DNA of 64,000 bases. It comes from an uncultured Bacteroidales bacterium. GTDB lineage: Bacteria; Bacteroidota; Bacteroidia; Bacteroidales; VadinHA17. The stretch covers positions 198,051 to 262,050 of the forward strand of contig CAWBNA010000019.1 of NCBI GenBank assembly GCA_963789985.1. Direction: 5' to 3'. The notes beneath the pieces were generated by a model, which worked only from the letters and a program-made list of their open reading frames with translations, was not told the origin of the DNA and did not search any database. The stretch's first letter is position 1. Every line of letters begins with the position of its first letter. The translations under genes were made by a program, and so were the position numbers. Positions 40,528-50,514 of this stretch are shown here, in pieces.

Positions 40528-41514
40528 TTAGTTAAACCATTTAAAAATAAAATATACGCATGCACCAATTATGCCTGAAACCGGAATGGTGACTAACCAG
40601 GCCCAGAAAATCTTTGTTGTCACTCCCCACTTTACTGCAGAAGCACCTTTTCGTGCTCCGACACCAATTATTGCACCTGTTATTGTATGTGTTGTGCTGA
40701 CAGGTATACCCCAGTGCGTGGCTGCAAATAGTGTAAGTGATCCGGCAGTTTCAGCACAAAATCCTTCAAAAGGTTTGAGCTTTGTGATTTTTTGTCCCAT
40801 GGTTTTGACAATTCTCCATCCGCCGAACAATGTTCCGAATGCAATAGCCGACTGGCAGGATAAAATAACCCACAAAGGTATGTCGGAATCTTTGGTAGTA
40901 ATCCCCATCACAATTAATGCACCCCAGATAATTCCCATTGATTTCTGGGCATCATTTCCTCCATGGCCGAGACTGAAAGCAGATGCGGAAACCAATTGTA
41001 ATCGTCTGAACCATTTATCAATAGTATATGGGTTGATCTTTCGGAAAACCCACATTATTATGGCAGAGAGTATATATGAAAACAACATTCCAAGGATCGG
41101 CGCAATAAATATAAATGCAACAATTTTAAGGACTCCTGAAGTGTTTATAACGCCGAAACCTGAATTTGCAACCGCGGAACCAATAAGTCCTCCCACAAGG
41201 GTATGTGATGAGCTGGAAGGTAAACCCCACCACCAGGTTAATAAGTTCCATATTATTGCAGCAACAAGAGCAGCACCAATAACGTTAAGGTTTATTGCAT
41301 CAGGCTCCACTACACCCTTCCCGATTGTATGTGCAACCTTCATTGGAAAAACCGTGAACGCAATGAAATTGAAAAATGCAGCCATGGCAACTGCTGCAAG
41401 CGGTGAAAGAACCTTGGTGGAAACAACAGTGGCAATTGCATTGGCTGAATCGTGGAATCCATTGATGAAATCAAATATAATAGCCAGTCCAACTATGACA
41501 TAAAGAAAAGTCAT
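40528..41514 (-). CDS. pit: PiT family inorganic phosphate transporter
   Basis: NGFHDSANAIAT, PSSSSH, HGGNDAQK, PVSTTH. Confidence 0.95.
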   Translation of the reverse strand: MTFLYVIVGLAIIFDFINGFHDSANAIATVVSTKVLSPLAAVAMAAFFNFIAFTVFPMKVAHTIGKGVVEPDAINLNVIGAALVAAIIWNLLTWWWGLPSSSSHTLVGGLIGSAVANSGFGVINTSGVLKIVAFIFIAPILGMLFSYILSAIIMWVFRKINPYTIDKWFRRLQLVSASAFSLGHGGNDAQKSMGIIWGALIVMGITTKDSDIPLWVILSCQSAIAFGTLFGGWRIVKTMGQKITKLKPFEGFCAETAGSLTLFAATHWGIPVSTTHTITGAIIGVGARKGASAVKWGVTTKIFWAWLVTIPVSGIIGACVYFIFKWFN

Positions 41515-41816
41515 TTTGTCAATGGATTAATAATCAGCTTCTGGTTTTGCTTTAAGGGAATGGCTGACATTATAGCAATTATTATCTGGTATATTGAAAT
41601 GCTGAATTCTGAAAATTCTGATTAAGGTTGCGCTAAATTATAAAGATTGGCATAATTTACAAAGGGATTGCCTAGTTAGTTTCATTAAAAAATGTTATTC
41701 ATACATTTTCAAGTAATTATGAAATTTTCAATCCTGTTTGGAATTATATCATTTTTTTAATTGGTGTAATTTAGTAATTTTAAAAAATATTCATTTTAAA
41801 ATTAAATACTGTCAAT

Positions 41817-43280
41817 ATGAGCGAAATAATAAATCTTGAGCCAAAACCGGTTTGGAACTTGTTCCATGAAATAACGCGGATACCTCATCCTTCTAAAAAG
41901 GAAAAAAAACTTGCTGAATTCGTGGTTGGATTTGCAAAAAAAAATCACCTGGAAACCGTTGTTGATAAAGTTGGAAACGTAGTGATAAGGAAACCTGCAA
42001 CAAAAGGGATGGAAAACCGGAGCCCGGTAATTCTTCAGGCTCACCTCGATATGGTTCCACAGAAGAACAGCGATAAAAAACATGATTTTGATAAGGATCC
42101 GATTGAAACAGTAGTTGATGGTGAATGGGTAAGGGCAAATGGAACAACCCTTGGATCGGACGACGGAATAGGTGTGGCATCCGCTCTGGCAGTTCTGGCC
42201 TCGAAAGATATCCCGCACGGACCTCTCGAAGTTCTGCTTACAGTTGATGAAGAAACGGGTATGACAGGCGCATTCGGTGTCAAAAAGGGACTTCTTAAAG
42301 GTGAGATACTAATGAATCTCGACTCGGAAGATGAAGGTGAACTTTATGTCGGCTGTGCCGGAGGAATTGATGTCAGCGCCACAAGAAAATATGCCGAGAA
42401 AAAAACGCCGCGGGGAGTGGTTGCCTATCGTATCGACGCTAAAGGGCTGAGAGGCGGGCACTCAGGTGTTGACATTGCTTTGGCAAGGGCAAATTCAAAT
42501 AAAATCATGTTCAGGTTCCTTATGCAGGCTGAATCTGATTTTAATGTCAGAATTTCCGAAGCAGCCGGCGGTGATCTCCGGAATGCAATTCCACGTGAAT
42601 CATATTGCATCCTTGTTGTTAAAGGCGCAAAGGCTAAAGACTTTGAGAAATTTGTCAAGGGATACGACAAAATCTATAAGGCTGAATTTTCCGAAACAGA
42701 GCCTACCATTTCATTTACCTGCAAAAAGACAGATCTTCCTGAAAAAGTAATGAACAAAACGGACCAGTATAAAATTATACGTGCCGTATTTGCATCTCCT
42801 AACGGTGTCCAGAGAATGAGCCAGGCGATGAAAGGACTTGTTGAGACCTCAAACAATCTGGCAATTGTTCGCATCCTTAATGGGAAATTCGAAGCTCATA
42901 ATCTTACCCGGAGTTCAGTCGATACTGCAAAAGAGTCGACTGCCTGGAGAATTGCAGCGGTATTTCAGCTTATTGACGCTAAAGTGACACTGACAGGAAG
43001 CTATCCGGGATGGAAACCGAATATGGAATCCCCGATTTTAAAAACCATGAGCGGCGTTTATAAAAAGATGTTCGGGAAAGTTCCTGAAATAAAAGCCATT
43101 CATGCAGGACTTGAATGCGGACTTCTTAGCGGAGTCTATCCGAAACTTGATATGATTTCCTTCGGACCGACAATAAAATTTCCGCACAGCCCCGACGAAA
43201 AAGTCAATATAGTCTCGGTAAAGAAGTTCTTCGATTTTCTATGTGCGACGCTTAAAGAAATACCAGTAAACCAGAGTTGA
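41817..43280 (+). CDS. pepD: Aminoacyl-histidine dipeptidase (M20C)
   Basis: LQAHLDMV, TTLGSDDGIG, DEETGM, NLDSED, GGHSG, HAGLECG, HSPDE. Confidence 0.95.
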   Translation: MSEIINLEPKPVWNLFHEITRIPHPSKKEKKLAEFVVGFAKKNHLETVVDKVGNVVIRKPATKGMENRSPVILQAHLDMVPQKNSDKKHDFDKDPIETVVDGEWVRANGTTLGSDDGIGVASALAVLASKDIPHGPLEVLLTVDEETGMTGAFGVKKGLLKGEILMNLDSEDEGELYVGCAGGIDVSATRKYAEKKTPRGVVAYRIDAKGLRGGHSGVDIALARANSNKIMFRFLMQAESDFNVRISEAAGGDLRNAIPRESYCILVVKGAKAKDFEKFVKGYDKIYKAEFSETEPTISFTCKKTDLPEKVMNKTDQYKIIRAVFASPNGVQRMSQAMKGLVETSNNLAIVRILNGKFEAHNLTRSSVDTAKESTAWRIAAVFQLIDAKVTLTGSYPGWKPNMESPILKTMSGVYKKMFGKVPEIKAIHAGLECGLLSGVYPKLDMISFGPTIKFPHSPDEKVNIVSVKKFFDFLCATLKEIPVNQS

Positions 43281-43377
43281 GTATTCAGATAACGGCACAC
43301 GGCCTTCGACAAAAGACAAACGGAAGAGGGATCATAAAAAACATAACATTGGCCATGAGTCTTGTGTCGCGAGCCGT

Positions 43378-43908
43378 TTAGTCTGATTTTATTTCCATAA
43401 GAACGTCATCTTTCATGACGTTTGAATCAGCTTTGGCAAAGACTTTTGTAACCTGACCATTGACCGGGGACTGAATTTCATTCTGCATCTTCATCGCTTC
43501 CAGAATGGCTACCGGTTCACCTCGCAGGACAAGAGACCCCTCCCTTACAAGAACATCGATAATCTTACCCGGCATCGGCGCCTTTATTGTTTCATTCTCA
43601 GCCTTGTCCTTTACGGTGTTCAGCACCTTCATCCTCTTCATGGAGAAAGGTGTCTCTACAGTGAAAGTGTAACTTATATCATTAAAGAGAATTTCGTATT
43701 TATTCTGCCTTGACCTTATTATTTCAACCGGATATTTCCGGTTTTTCCAAAGGATATAGGTTCCGAGCTTTTCATCGGCTTTCAGCTTCACCTCATATTC
43801 CTGCTTGCCTATTCTAATTCGGTGTTTTAGCGGAAGGGGAAAGCAAAAAGTTTTATTTCCGGAAGAAAGAGCATATAGTCTGTCAATTTTTAATTTGTTT
43901 TTTGCCAT
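43378..43908 (-). CDS. Biotin carboxyl carrier protein with N-terminal extension
   Basis: KAPMPG and LEAMKMQNEI biotinylation site. In-frame ATG at 43908. Confidence 0.9.
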   Translation of the reverse strand: MAKNKLKIDRLYALSSGNKTFCFPLPLKHRIRIGKQEYEVKLKADEKLGTYILWKNRKYPVEIIRSRQNKYEILFNDISYTFTVETPFSMKRMKVLNTVKDKAENETIKAPMPGKIIDVLVREGSLVLRGEPVAILEAMKMQNEIQSPVNGQVTKVFAKADSNVMKDDVLMEIKSD

Positions 43909-43924
43909 TTTTCGCAAAAAAGTT

Positions 43925-45430
43925 TCAAAACTGGTTCATTCTTTTATTAAGCAGCCATGGGCTCATTTCCTTCCCGTTTTCAAAATCAATATTTATGCTG
44001 TCATCATTCAGGTTCTCCTCAATAAATAGCTTTGTCGTAAGCCAGGCCGCAAGCATTTCTTCATACTCACTGTTAAGATAGAACCTGTCGATATCCTTTT
44101 CAATGAAAGCTGTCGTGAAATCACCGTCCAGAAATTTCTGGTTCCTCACAAGCATCCTGAAGAAAGGGAGGGTTGTCTTGGTCCCTTTGATCCAAACCTT
44201 GTCAAGTGCCATTTTGCATTTTCTGACAGCATCCTTCCTGTCATCACCGCTGATGATAAGTTTTGCTATCAGTGAATCGAAGTTCGCAATGATCAGCGAT
44301 CCTGCCTGAACGCCACTGTCGATCCTGATATATGGCTCAGTTGGAAGGGAAAACTTCTCAATTTTACCAGGATCAGGGGCGAAACCATTTTGAACATCCT
44401 CTGCATTAATTCTGCACTCTATTGCCCACCCTTTAAGCCGAATATCTTTCTGCCGGTAACCCAGTGTTTCCCCTTCAGCAACTCGGATTTGTTGCTCAAC
44501 GAGATCAGTTCCGGTAATAGCCTCGGTAACCGGATGCTCAACCTGGATTCTTGTATTCATCTCCATAAAATAGAAATTTTTATCAGAGTCGAGCAGAAAT
44601 TCGACAGTCCCGGCTGAATAGTAGTTTACAGCCCTGGCTAACTTCACGGCCATTTTTCCCATTTTTGATCTGAGCCTGCTGTCAAGGGCAACTGAAGGCG
44701 CTTCTTCAAGCAGCTTCTGGTGCTTTCTCTGAATTGAACATTCCCTTTCTCCCAAATGGATAATATTACCTTTTTTGTCACCCAGTATTTGGAATTCAAT
44801 ATGTTTCGGATTTTCAATATATTTTTCGATGAATAATGAAGGATCATTAAATGCTTTTTCAGCTTCTTTTCTGGCAACGGGAAACATCTTCTCCATCTCC
44901 TCAGACTTTCTGACGATCCTCATGCCTCGTCCGCCACCTCCGGAAGCTGCCTTTATTATGACCGGATAACATATTTTTTCAGCAAATGCTGTTGCCTCTT
45001 CCACGTCGCTGATATTGCCTTCGCTTCCAATAGCCATTGGTATATTCAGAGTCTGGGCAATCCTGCGGGCGATGGTTTTATTTCCCATCTTATATATGGA
45101 ATCCGGAGAAGGCCCGATGAAGTTGATATTATTGCCAATACATTTCTGTGCAAAATATGCGTTTTCGGAAAGGAATCCGTAACCGGGATGGATCGCATCT
45201 GAGTCTGTTTTTTGAGCAATTTCTATAAGCCGGTCAATGTTCAAAAATACCGGTATCTCAGTTGGGTCTTCAGTGTCATCATAAATGATATCGGCAAGGG
45301 CAAGAAACATTGCATTCGGGTCCAATGCTGTTTTAATGGCAACCGTTTCGATCTTCATTTTCCTTGCCGTCTTTATTATCCTTACTGCAATCTCGCCACG
45401 GTTTGCAATCAATATTCTTTTTATTTTCAT
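43925..45430 (-). CDS. accC: Biotin carboxylase subunit
   Basis: ANRGEIA, HPGYGFLSEN, GGGGRGMR, ERECSIQR, EMNTRIQVEH, RINAED. Confidence 0.93.
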   Translation of the reverse strand: MKIKRILIANRGEIAVRIIKTARKMKIETVAIKTALDPNAMFLALADIIYDDTEDPTEIPVFLNIDRLIEIAQKTDSDAIHPGYGFLSENAYFAQKCIGNNINFIGPSPDSIYKMGNKTIARRIAQTLNIPMAIGSEGNISDVEEATAFAEKICYPVIIKAASGGGGRGMRIVRKSEEMEKMFPVARKEAEKAFNDPSLFIEKYIENPKHIEFQILGDKKGNIIHLGERECSIQRKHQKLLEEAPSVALDSRLRSKMGKMAVKLARAVNYYSAGTVEFLLDSDKNFYFMEMNTRIQVEHPVTEAITGTDLVEQQIRVAEGETLGYRQKDIRLKGWAIECRINAEDVQNGFAPDPGKIEKFSLPTEPYIRIDSGVQAGSLIIANFDSLIAKLIISGDDRKDAVRKCKMALDKVWIKGTKTTLPFFRMLVRNQKFLDGDFTTAFIEKDIDRFYLNSEYEEMLAAWLTTKLFIEENLNDDSINIDFENGKEMSPWLLNKRMNQF

Positions 45431-45451
45431 CTTATCTCTTCTCCTTTCTCC

Positions 45452-47008
45452 TTACAACGGCATATTCCCGTGTTTCCTTGCCGGCACTTTGACCCATTTG
45501 TTATTAAGGGCAGTAAACGCAGAAATAATTTTCTTCCTTGTCACTGCGGGATCAATTACCTCATCAATGTAACCGCTCTCGTCGGCAATAAATGGATTAG
45601 CAACCTTGTCACGGTACTTCCTGACGAGTTCTTTTTTAAGCCCGGCAGGATCTTTTGATTCAGCAAGTTCTTTTCTGTACAGGATTGCAACTGCACCGTC
45701 AGGTCCCATTACAGCTATTTCAGCAGTCGGCCAGGCAAAGCTGAAATCGCCTCCGAGGTTTTTGCTGTTCATGACAATGAAGGCTCCGCCGTACGCTTTT
45801 CTGAGAATAACAGTTATCTTGGGCACAGTGGCCTCGCTGTAGGCAAACAACAGCTTTGCACCATGACGTATTATTCCCGCATGTTCCTGGTCAACCCCCG
45901 GCATAAAGCCCGGGACATCTTCAAGTGTAAGAAGCGGGATATTGAAGGCATCACAGAATCTGATGAACCTGGCACCCTTGGTTGATGAGTTGATATCGAG
46001 CACACCTGCAAGTACTTTTGGCTGGTTGGCTACCATTCCGATTGTCTTTCCCTTCAGTCTGGCAAACCCTGTAATCAGATTAGGAGCAAACAGCTCGGCA
46101 ATTTCAAAAAAACTGTTCCTGTCGACTATTTGGTTTATTATATCCTTCACATCATATGCTTTATTCGGATCATCCGGAATAATATCGCGGAGTTTCACAT
46201 TGATATCAGGAATGGACCCTTCATCGGCAACCGCAGGCGGATTCTCAACATTGTTCGACGGGAGGTAGGATAGGAATTTTTTTAAAGCCAGTATCGTGTT
46301 TTCCTCATCGTCATATATCATATGGGCGACTCCGCTTTTACTGGCATGTATCTCTGCTCCTCCAAGCTGTTCAAATGTGACCTCTTCGTTCAGAACTTCC
46401 CTGACGACATTCGGACCGGTAACAAACATATAACTTGTATGGTTTGTCATAAAAACGAAATCGGTCAGGGCAGGGGAATATACGGCTCCTCCTGCGGCGG
46501 GCCCCATAATAACCGAAATCTGCGGAATTATTCCGGAAGAATGGATGATATTCTGGAAAATTGATGCATAACCGCTCAGACTTGCTATGCCTTCCTGAAT
46601 CCTTGCGCCTCCTGAATCAATCAGCCCTATTATCGGAGAACCCATCTTGAGAGCCATCTCCTGGATTTTTGCTATCTTTTTTGCATGCACAATCCCCAGG
46701 GATCCTCCCATGATAGTGAAATCCTGGGCATAAGCAAAGACAAGTCTCCCGTTCACCTTACCATGGCCGACAATTACTCCGTCGCCGTATGATTTTTCCA
46801 CTTTTCCGAATTCAACAGGCTGTCCTGCAGGTGTAACAAATGCATCTATTTCCTCAAAGGTTCCTGCATCGAAAAGAAGACCAATTCTTTCCATTGCAGT
46901 AAGCTTCCCTTTTGAGTGTTGTTTTTCAGCCTGTTGCGGACTGTATTGCTTTTTAATTGCATCCTGACGCTCGAGGTACGTTTTATAATACTTTCCTGAC
47001 ACATCCAT
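45452..47008 (-). CDS. pccB: Acyl-CoA carboxylase carboxyltransferase subunit (PccB/MmdA-like)
   Basis: QDFTIMGGSLG, DSGGARIQEG, AGGAVYSPA, DVPGFMPG, RKAYGGA, RKHGNMPL. TAAATTTG box at 47076-47083 on the minus strand. Confidence 0.92.
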   Translation of the reverse strand: MDVSGKYYKTYLERQDAIKKQYSPQQAEKQHSKGKLTAMERIGLLFDAGTFEEIDAFVTPAGQPVEFGKVEKSYGDGVIVGHGKVNGRLVFAYAQDFTIMGGSLGIVHAKKIAKIQEMALKMGSPIIGLIDSGGARIQEGIASLSGYASIFQNIIHSSGIIPQISVIMGPAAGGAVYSPALTDFVFMTNHTSYMFVTGPNVVREVLNEEVTFEQLGGAEIHASKSGVAHMIYDDEENTILALKKFLSYLPSNNVENPPAVADEGSIPDINVKLRDIIPDDPNKAYDVKDIINQIVDRNSFFEIAELFAPNLITGFARLKGKTIGMVANQPKVLAGVLDINSSTKGARFIRFCDAFNIPLLTLEDVPGFMPGVDQEHAGIIRHGAKLLFAYSEATVPKITVILRKAYGGAFIVMNSKNLGGDFSFAWPTAEIAVMGPDGAVAILYRKELAESKDPAGLKKELVRKYRDKVANPFIADESGYIDEVIDPAVTRKKIISAFTALNNKWVKVPARKHGNMPL

Positions 47009-47203
47009 ATCTGATATATAAGATTAATTGCCGGAAAAATACATTATTTCAATAAAAGAGTCCAGGTAATTCGGGCAAATTTACTTCTCAAACATAACAA
47101 TTTATAAATGCAAATCCAATTAAATTGCTCGACCAGCAAATGAGATATTCTTTTATTTTATTAAATATCAATCACATGTATTGGATTATTTTTCGAATGT
47201 ATT

Positions 47204-47845
47204 TTACAGTTTCGAAGGTTTGAACAATCCTTTATCGTCAGATCCTAGTAGTCCGGCTTTGAGCATTGAGTCGCTGGCAATCTTCAGCTTACCGATCATT
47301 TTATCATTTACGACTGGAAAATGATGCAATGATTCAATCTTGTCGCCTATATATTCAAGATCTTCATCAGTTGTCTGCCAGTTCAGGTTGCTGAAATGTG
47401 TGAGGTCAAACGGCAGGGAATAAGACCTTAACGATTTTTCCCCGTTTATATTGAAATAGAAGTCAAAATAAGACATGATGAGCTCTCTGAGTGACCTGTA
47501 AACAGGCTCCCTGTAGCGCAATGAAGTGAAATTTGATTTTGCGACTGCTCCCCAGTAATCGTTTTCCCTGAAAATGGCAATAACATGATCATCATCATTA
47601 AAGGATTGCATGTCAACAATGGCAGGCCTGTAACCTAAATATTCGAGAACAGCAGCGGCAAACAGTGCGCCTTCAAAACAGTGGGCCGAGCGTTTCCTGA
47701 TCACCCATCTTGGCGATCTGCATTCGTAAGCCGGATTATATGCTATGGAATCGAGGAATACCTGGACTGACCAGGGATCTTTGAATGAATTCAGGAAGAG
47801 CTTTTCTTCTTTTGTCCAGTTCGCTTCTGATTTCGACTTCGGCAT
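47204..47845 (-). CDS. Conserved hypothetical protein, possibly transglutaminase/papain-like fold
   Basis: AHCFEGALFAAA and DDDHVIAIF (Cys...His), WGAVAKSN. Confidence 0.6.
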   Translation of the reverse strand: MPKSKSEANWTKEEKLFLNSFKDPWSVQVFLDSIAYNPAYECRSPRWVIRKRSAHCFEGALFAAAVLEYLGYRPAIVDMQSFNDDDHVIAIFRENDYWGAVAKSNFTSLRYREPVYRSLRELIMSYFDFYFNINGEKSLRSYSLPFDLTHFSNLNWQTTDEDLEYIGDKIESLHHFPVVNDKMIGKLKIASDSMLKAGLLGSDDKGLFKPSKL

Positions 47846-47941
47846 TTTCCTTTTTTTTAAGACTTGTCAGTTTCGCAATTATACCATCACTTTGGTGAAA
47901 TTTTCGCGGGGTTAATCACTTTACATGTATGTTTGCGGGAA

Positions 47942-47989
47942 AATCGCATAATCGCACAACCGCATAACCGCACAACCGCACAACCGCCA
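47942..47989. repeat. Six tandem copies of an 8-bp unit AAYCGCAY
   Basis: aatcgcat aatcgcac aaccgcat aaccgcac aaccgcac aaccgcca. Confidence 0.9.
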
Positions 47990-47998
47990 GTCCGGGCA

Positions 47999-49093
47999 TT
48001 ATATAAGTTTATTTATTATTCTTTTCATTTCAACATACTGCTCTTCCATGCTTCTGACAAGCTGCAGCTGAGCCCTTGCCCTCTGGAGATTATGATGCTC
48101 ATTATGAATCTTGAAATAGTTATCGCCATCAATATAGTCGGTCAGGAATCTTAAGGCAATAATGTATGTTATCAGCTTTGGAGCGAAAGCCAGGTATTCT
48201 TTTTCCACATCGTTCAGGGTCTCTCTTGTTTCAGAAAGATAGCCTTCTGAATAAGCGTCAAACAATCCCAGATCCATCCTTACCCTTGACAGGTCAGTTT
48301 CATCCTCCGGGGCTTTACTGGCGCCGGTCCTGATAGCATCACCGAAATCATAATGCACATACCCGGGCATAACAGTATCGAGGTCTATTACACAAAGAGC
48401 CTTGTCATTTTCATCGAGGAGTATGTTATTGAATTTTGTATCGTTATGTGTGATTCTTGAAGGTATCTTACCTTCACGACCGAGTCGGAGTATTGTTTTC
48501 ATTTCCTCAGCCCTTTTTAGCACGGATCTGATTTCGTCCTGTACTTCTCCTGCTCTTTTTACCGGATCTTCCTTTACGGTATTGTTAAAGGCCTCCAGCC
48601 TTTTTTCAATATCATGAAAATATGGGATGGTCTCGAAAAGAGGCTTTCCTGGAAGATCAGAAAGCATAGCCTGAAAACGGCCGATGGCTTTACCTCCTTC
48701 ATAAGCTTTATCAGCAGAATCGACGACGTCGTATGATCTGTGGTTTGATATGAAGATATACATTCTCCAATAGTTCCCGTCACTGTCCGTTATCCAGCTT
48801 TTCCCGTCGCTGGCCGGAATAAGGGTAAGACATTCTCTTTTAATGTCGGAGCCGGGAATGGAAAGAAGTTTTTTATGAAGATGATTTGTTACCCTTTCGA
48901 TATTATGCTGAAGCTCCGGGATGTTCTTAAAAACCCTTGTGTTAAGCCGTTGAAGGATATAGTCATCTTTATCCTTTTCAACCGTTTCAACACGAAAAGT
49001 GTCATGAATATGTCCGCTTCCGTAAGGTCCGGCGTTCAAGAATGTGCCATCTGCAAGAAATGAACCATATATCTTCTGTAGGTCAATCCCCAT
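47999..49093 (-). CDS. APH-family sugar kinase (N-acetylhexosamine 1-kinase-like)
   Basis: GSGHIHDT, YILQRLN, THNDTKFNN, VIDLDTVMPG, DFGDAIR, RFLTDY. Confidence 0.85.
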   Translation of the reverse strand: MGIDLQKIYGSFLADGTFLNAGPYGSGHIHDTFRVETVEKDKDDYILQRLNTRVFKNIPELQHNIERVTNHLHKKLLSIPGSDIKRECLTLIPASDGKSWITDSDGNYWRMYIFISNHRSYDVVDSADKAYEGGKAIGRFQAMLSDLPGKPLFETIPYFHDIEKRLEAFNNTVKEDPVKRAGEVQDEIRSVLKRAEEMKTILRLGREGKIPSRITHNDTKFNNILLDENDKALCVIDLDTVMPGYVHYDFGDAIRTGASKAPEDETDLSRVRMDLGLFDAYSEGYLSETRETLNDVEKEYLAFAPKLITYIIALRFLTDYIDGDNYFKIHNEHHNLQRARAQLQLVRSMEEQYVEMKRIINKLI

Positions 49094-50439
49094 TTTTAAT
49101 CCCTATTTTATGTCCGATAAATGCATAAAACATAATTATGAGATAGCATGGGACACAAAGCCAGTAGGCTGACTGAGTTGAGAAGGTCACTGCAAGCTTT
49201 CCATAGAGCAAAGGAATCAGTGCACCTCCTGCAATAGCCATGATTAGCATTGCAGAAGCGGTTTTTGTGAATTTGCCCAGGCCATTAAGTGCCAGAGGCC
49301 ACATAGCCGGCCATACCAATGAATTGGCAAAGCCCATCAGGGCAACAAACAAAACAGTCACAGGCAGGACAAGATGAAGCGGTTTGAAGGTTACAAGGTC
49401 AACGAATGGCAAAGTGAAAACCCTTGTTGCCGGAATAAGAATGGCGCAAAGGGCAAAAATAACTCCCAGAACAGTGCACATTTTCAAAGCAGTTCCCTTG
49501 TTTTAAATATTTTGGAATTAAAGCAATCCCAAGCAGATAACCTAATATCATTGAGAGCATTGTAAGTGAAGTAAAGTACTTTGCTGATTCCATTGGGATT
49601 TTAAGAGATTGCCCGTACCTTATTATCGAATCGCCTGCTATTACTTCCACTCCAACGTAAAAAAACAGGGCAATAACTCCAAGGATCAGGTGAGGAAACT
49701 GCCAGACACTCGTTTTTTTAAAATTAGCTTCTCCCACGGATTCGTCCTCTGCTTCAGTATCAACTTCAGGAAGGTGCACAAATTTTATTAACAGGCCCAG
49801 CAGAACAAGGACAGCAGCCATAACGATATATGGCATTATTACATCTCGTGCCATTTCATCAAGGAGGACAGCTCGCGAGGCAGCATCCAGAGCCTTCGTA
49901 AGTTTATCCTGAATGACACTTGAATCTTTGAGTATTATACTTGCAAGAATGATAGGAGCAATGACTCCCGCAAATTTATTTGCAATACCCATTATGCTGA
50001 TACGTTTTGCAGCACTTTCACGGGGACCAATAATTGTCACATAAGGATTAACTGCCGTTTGAAGAAGGGCAAGGCCGGTTCCTTCAATAAATAATCCGGC
50101 AAGAAAAAGCCCGAAGGTTCTTGTCAGAGCTGCAGGAATAAATACTAGTGCACCTATTGCCATTATCCATAATCCCAGTGACATTCCAACCTTGAAGCCG
50201 GTTTTTTTCAGTATTAAAGAGGATGGAAGTGCCATCACAAAGTATGAAATATAAAAAGCTGCCGTTACAAAATATGCCTGAAAATCGTTAAGCTCGCAGG
50301 ATGTCCTGAGAAACGGAATAAGAACGCCATTAAGCCAGGTAACAAAACCGAAAATAAAGAAGAAAAGACCAATAATGGTAATTGCAAAAACATAATCTTT
50401 TCTGCTGATGCTGTCAGATGAAGAGTGATTGGTTGTCAT
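49083..50439 (-). pseudogene. FucP/GluP-like sugar MFS transporter split by a 1-nt frameshift near 49495-49497 (pseudogene or sequencing error)
   Basis: N-part has FFIFGFVTWLN, LLQTAVNPY, YVGVEV. C-part (ANSLVWPAMWPLAL, MAIAGGA) is in another frame. Deleting one G from CAAGGGAACT fuses them as IPKYLKQGTALKMC. Confidence 0.8.
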
Positions 50440-50514
50440 AGGTTGAATCTGTTGTTATTATTAACGATTAAGTTTTCAAAACTAATCTTTTTTAAAATTG
50501 GGGCAAAGAAAAAC

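Noticed and set aside
40571-41503. 310-aa plus-strand ORF
   Set aside because: Antisense shadow of the well-supported pit gene, with no recognisable motifs.
43290-43378. Possible long stem (AACGGC...GCCGTT) between convergent pepD and BCCP genes
   Set aside because: Pairing is interrupted and short, so it cannot be supported as an ncRNA or terminator without folding or covariation analysis.
47864-48154. 96-aa ORF containing AQPHNRTTAQP
   Set aside because: It is a translation of the octamer repeat and is antisense to the kinase gene.
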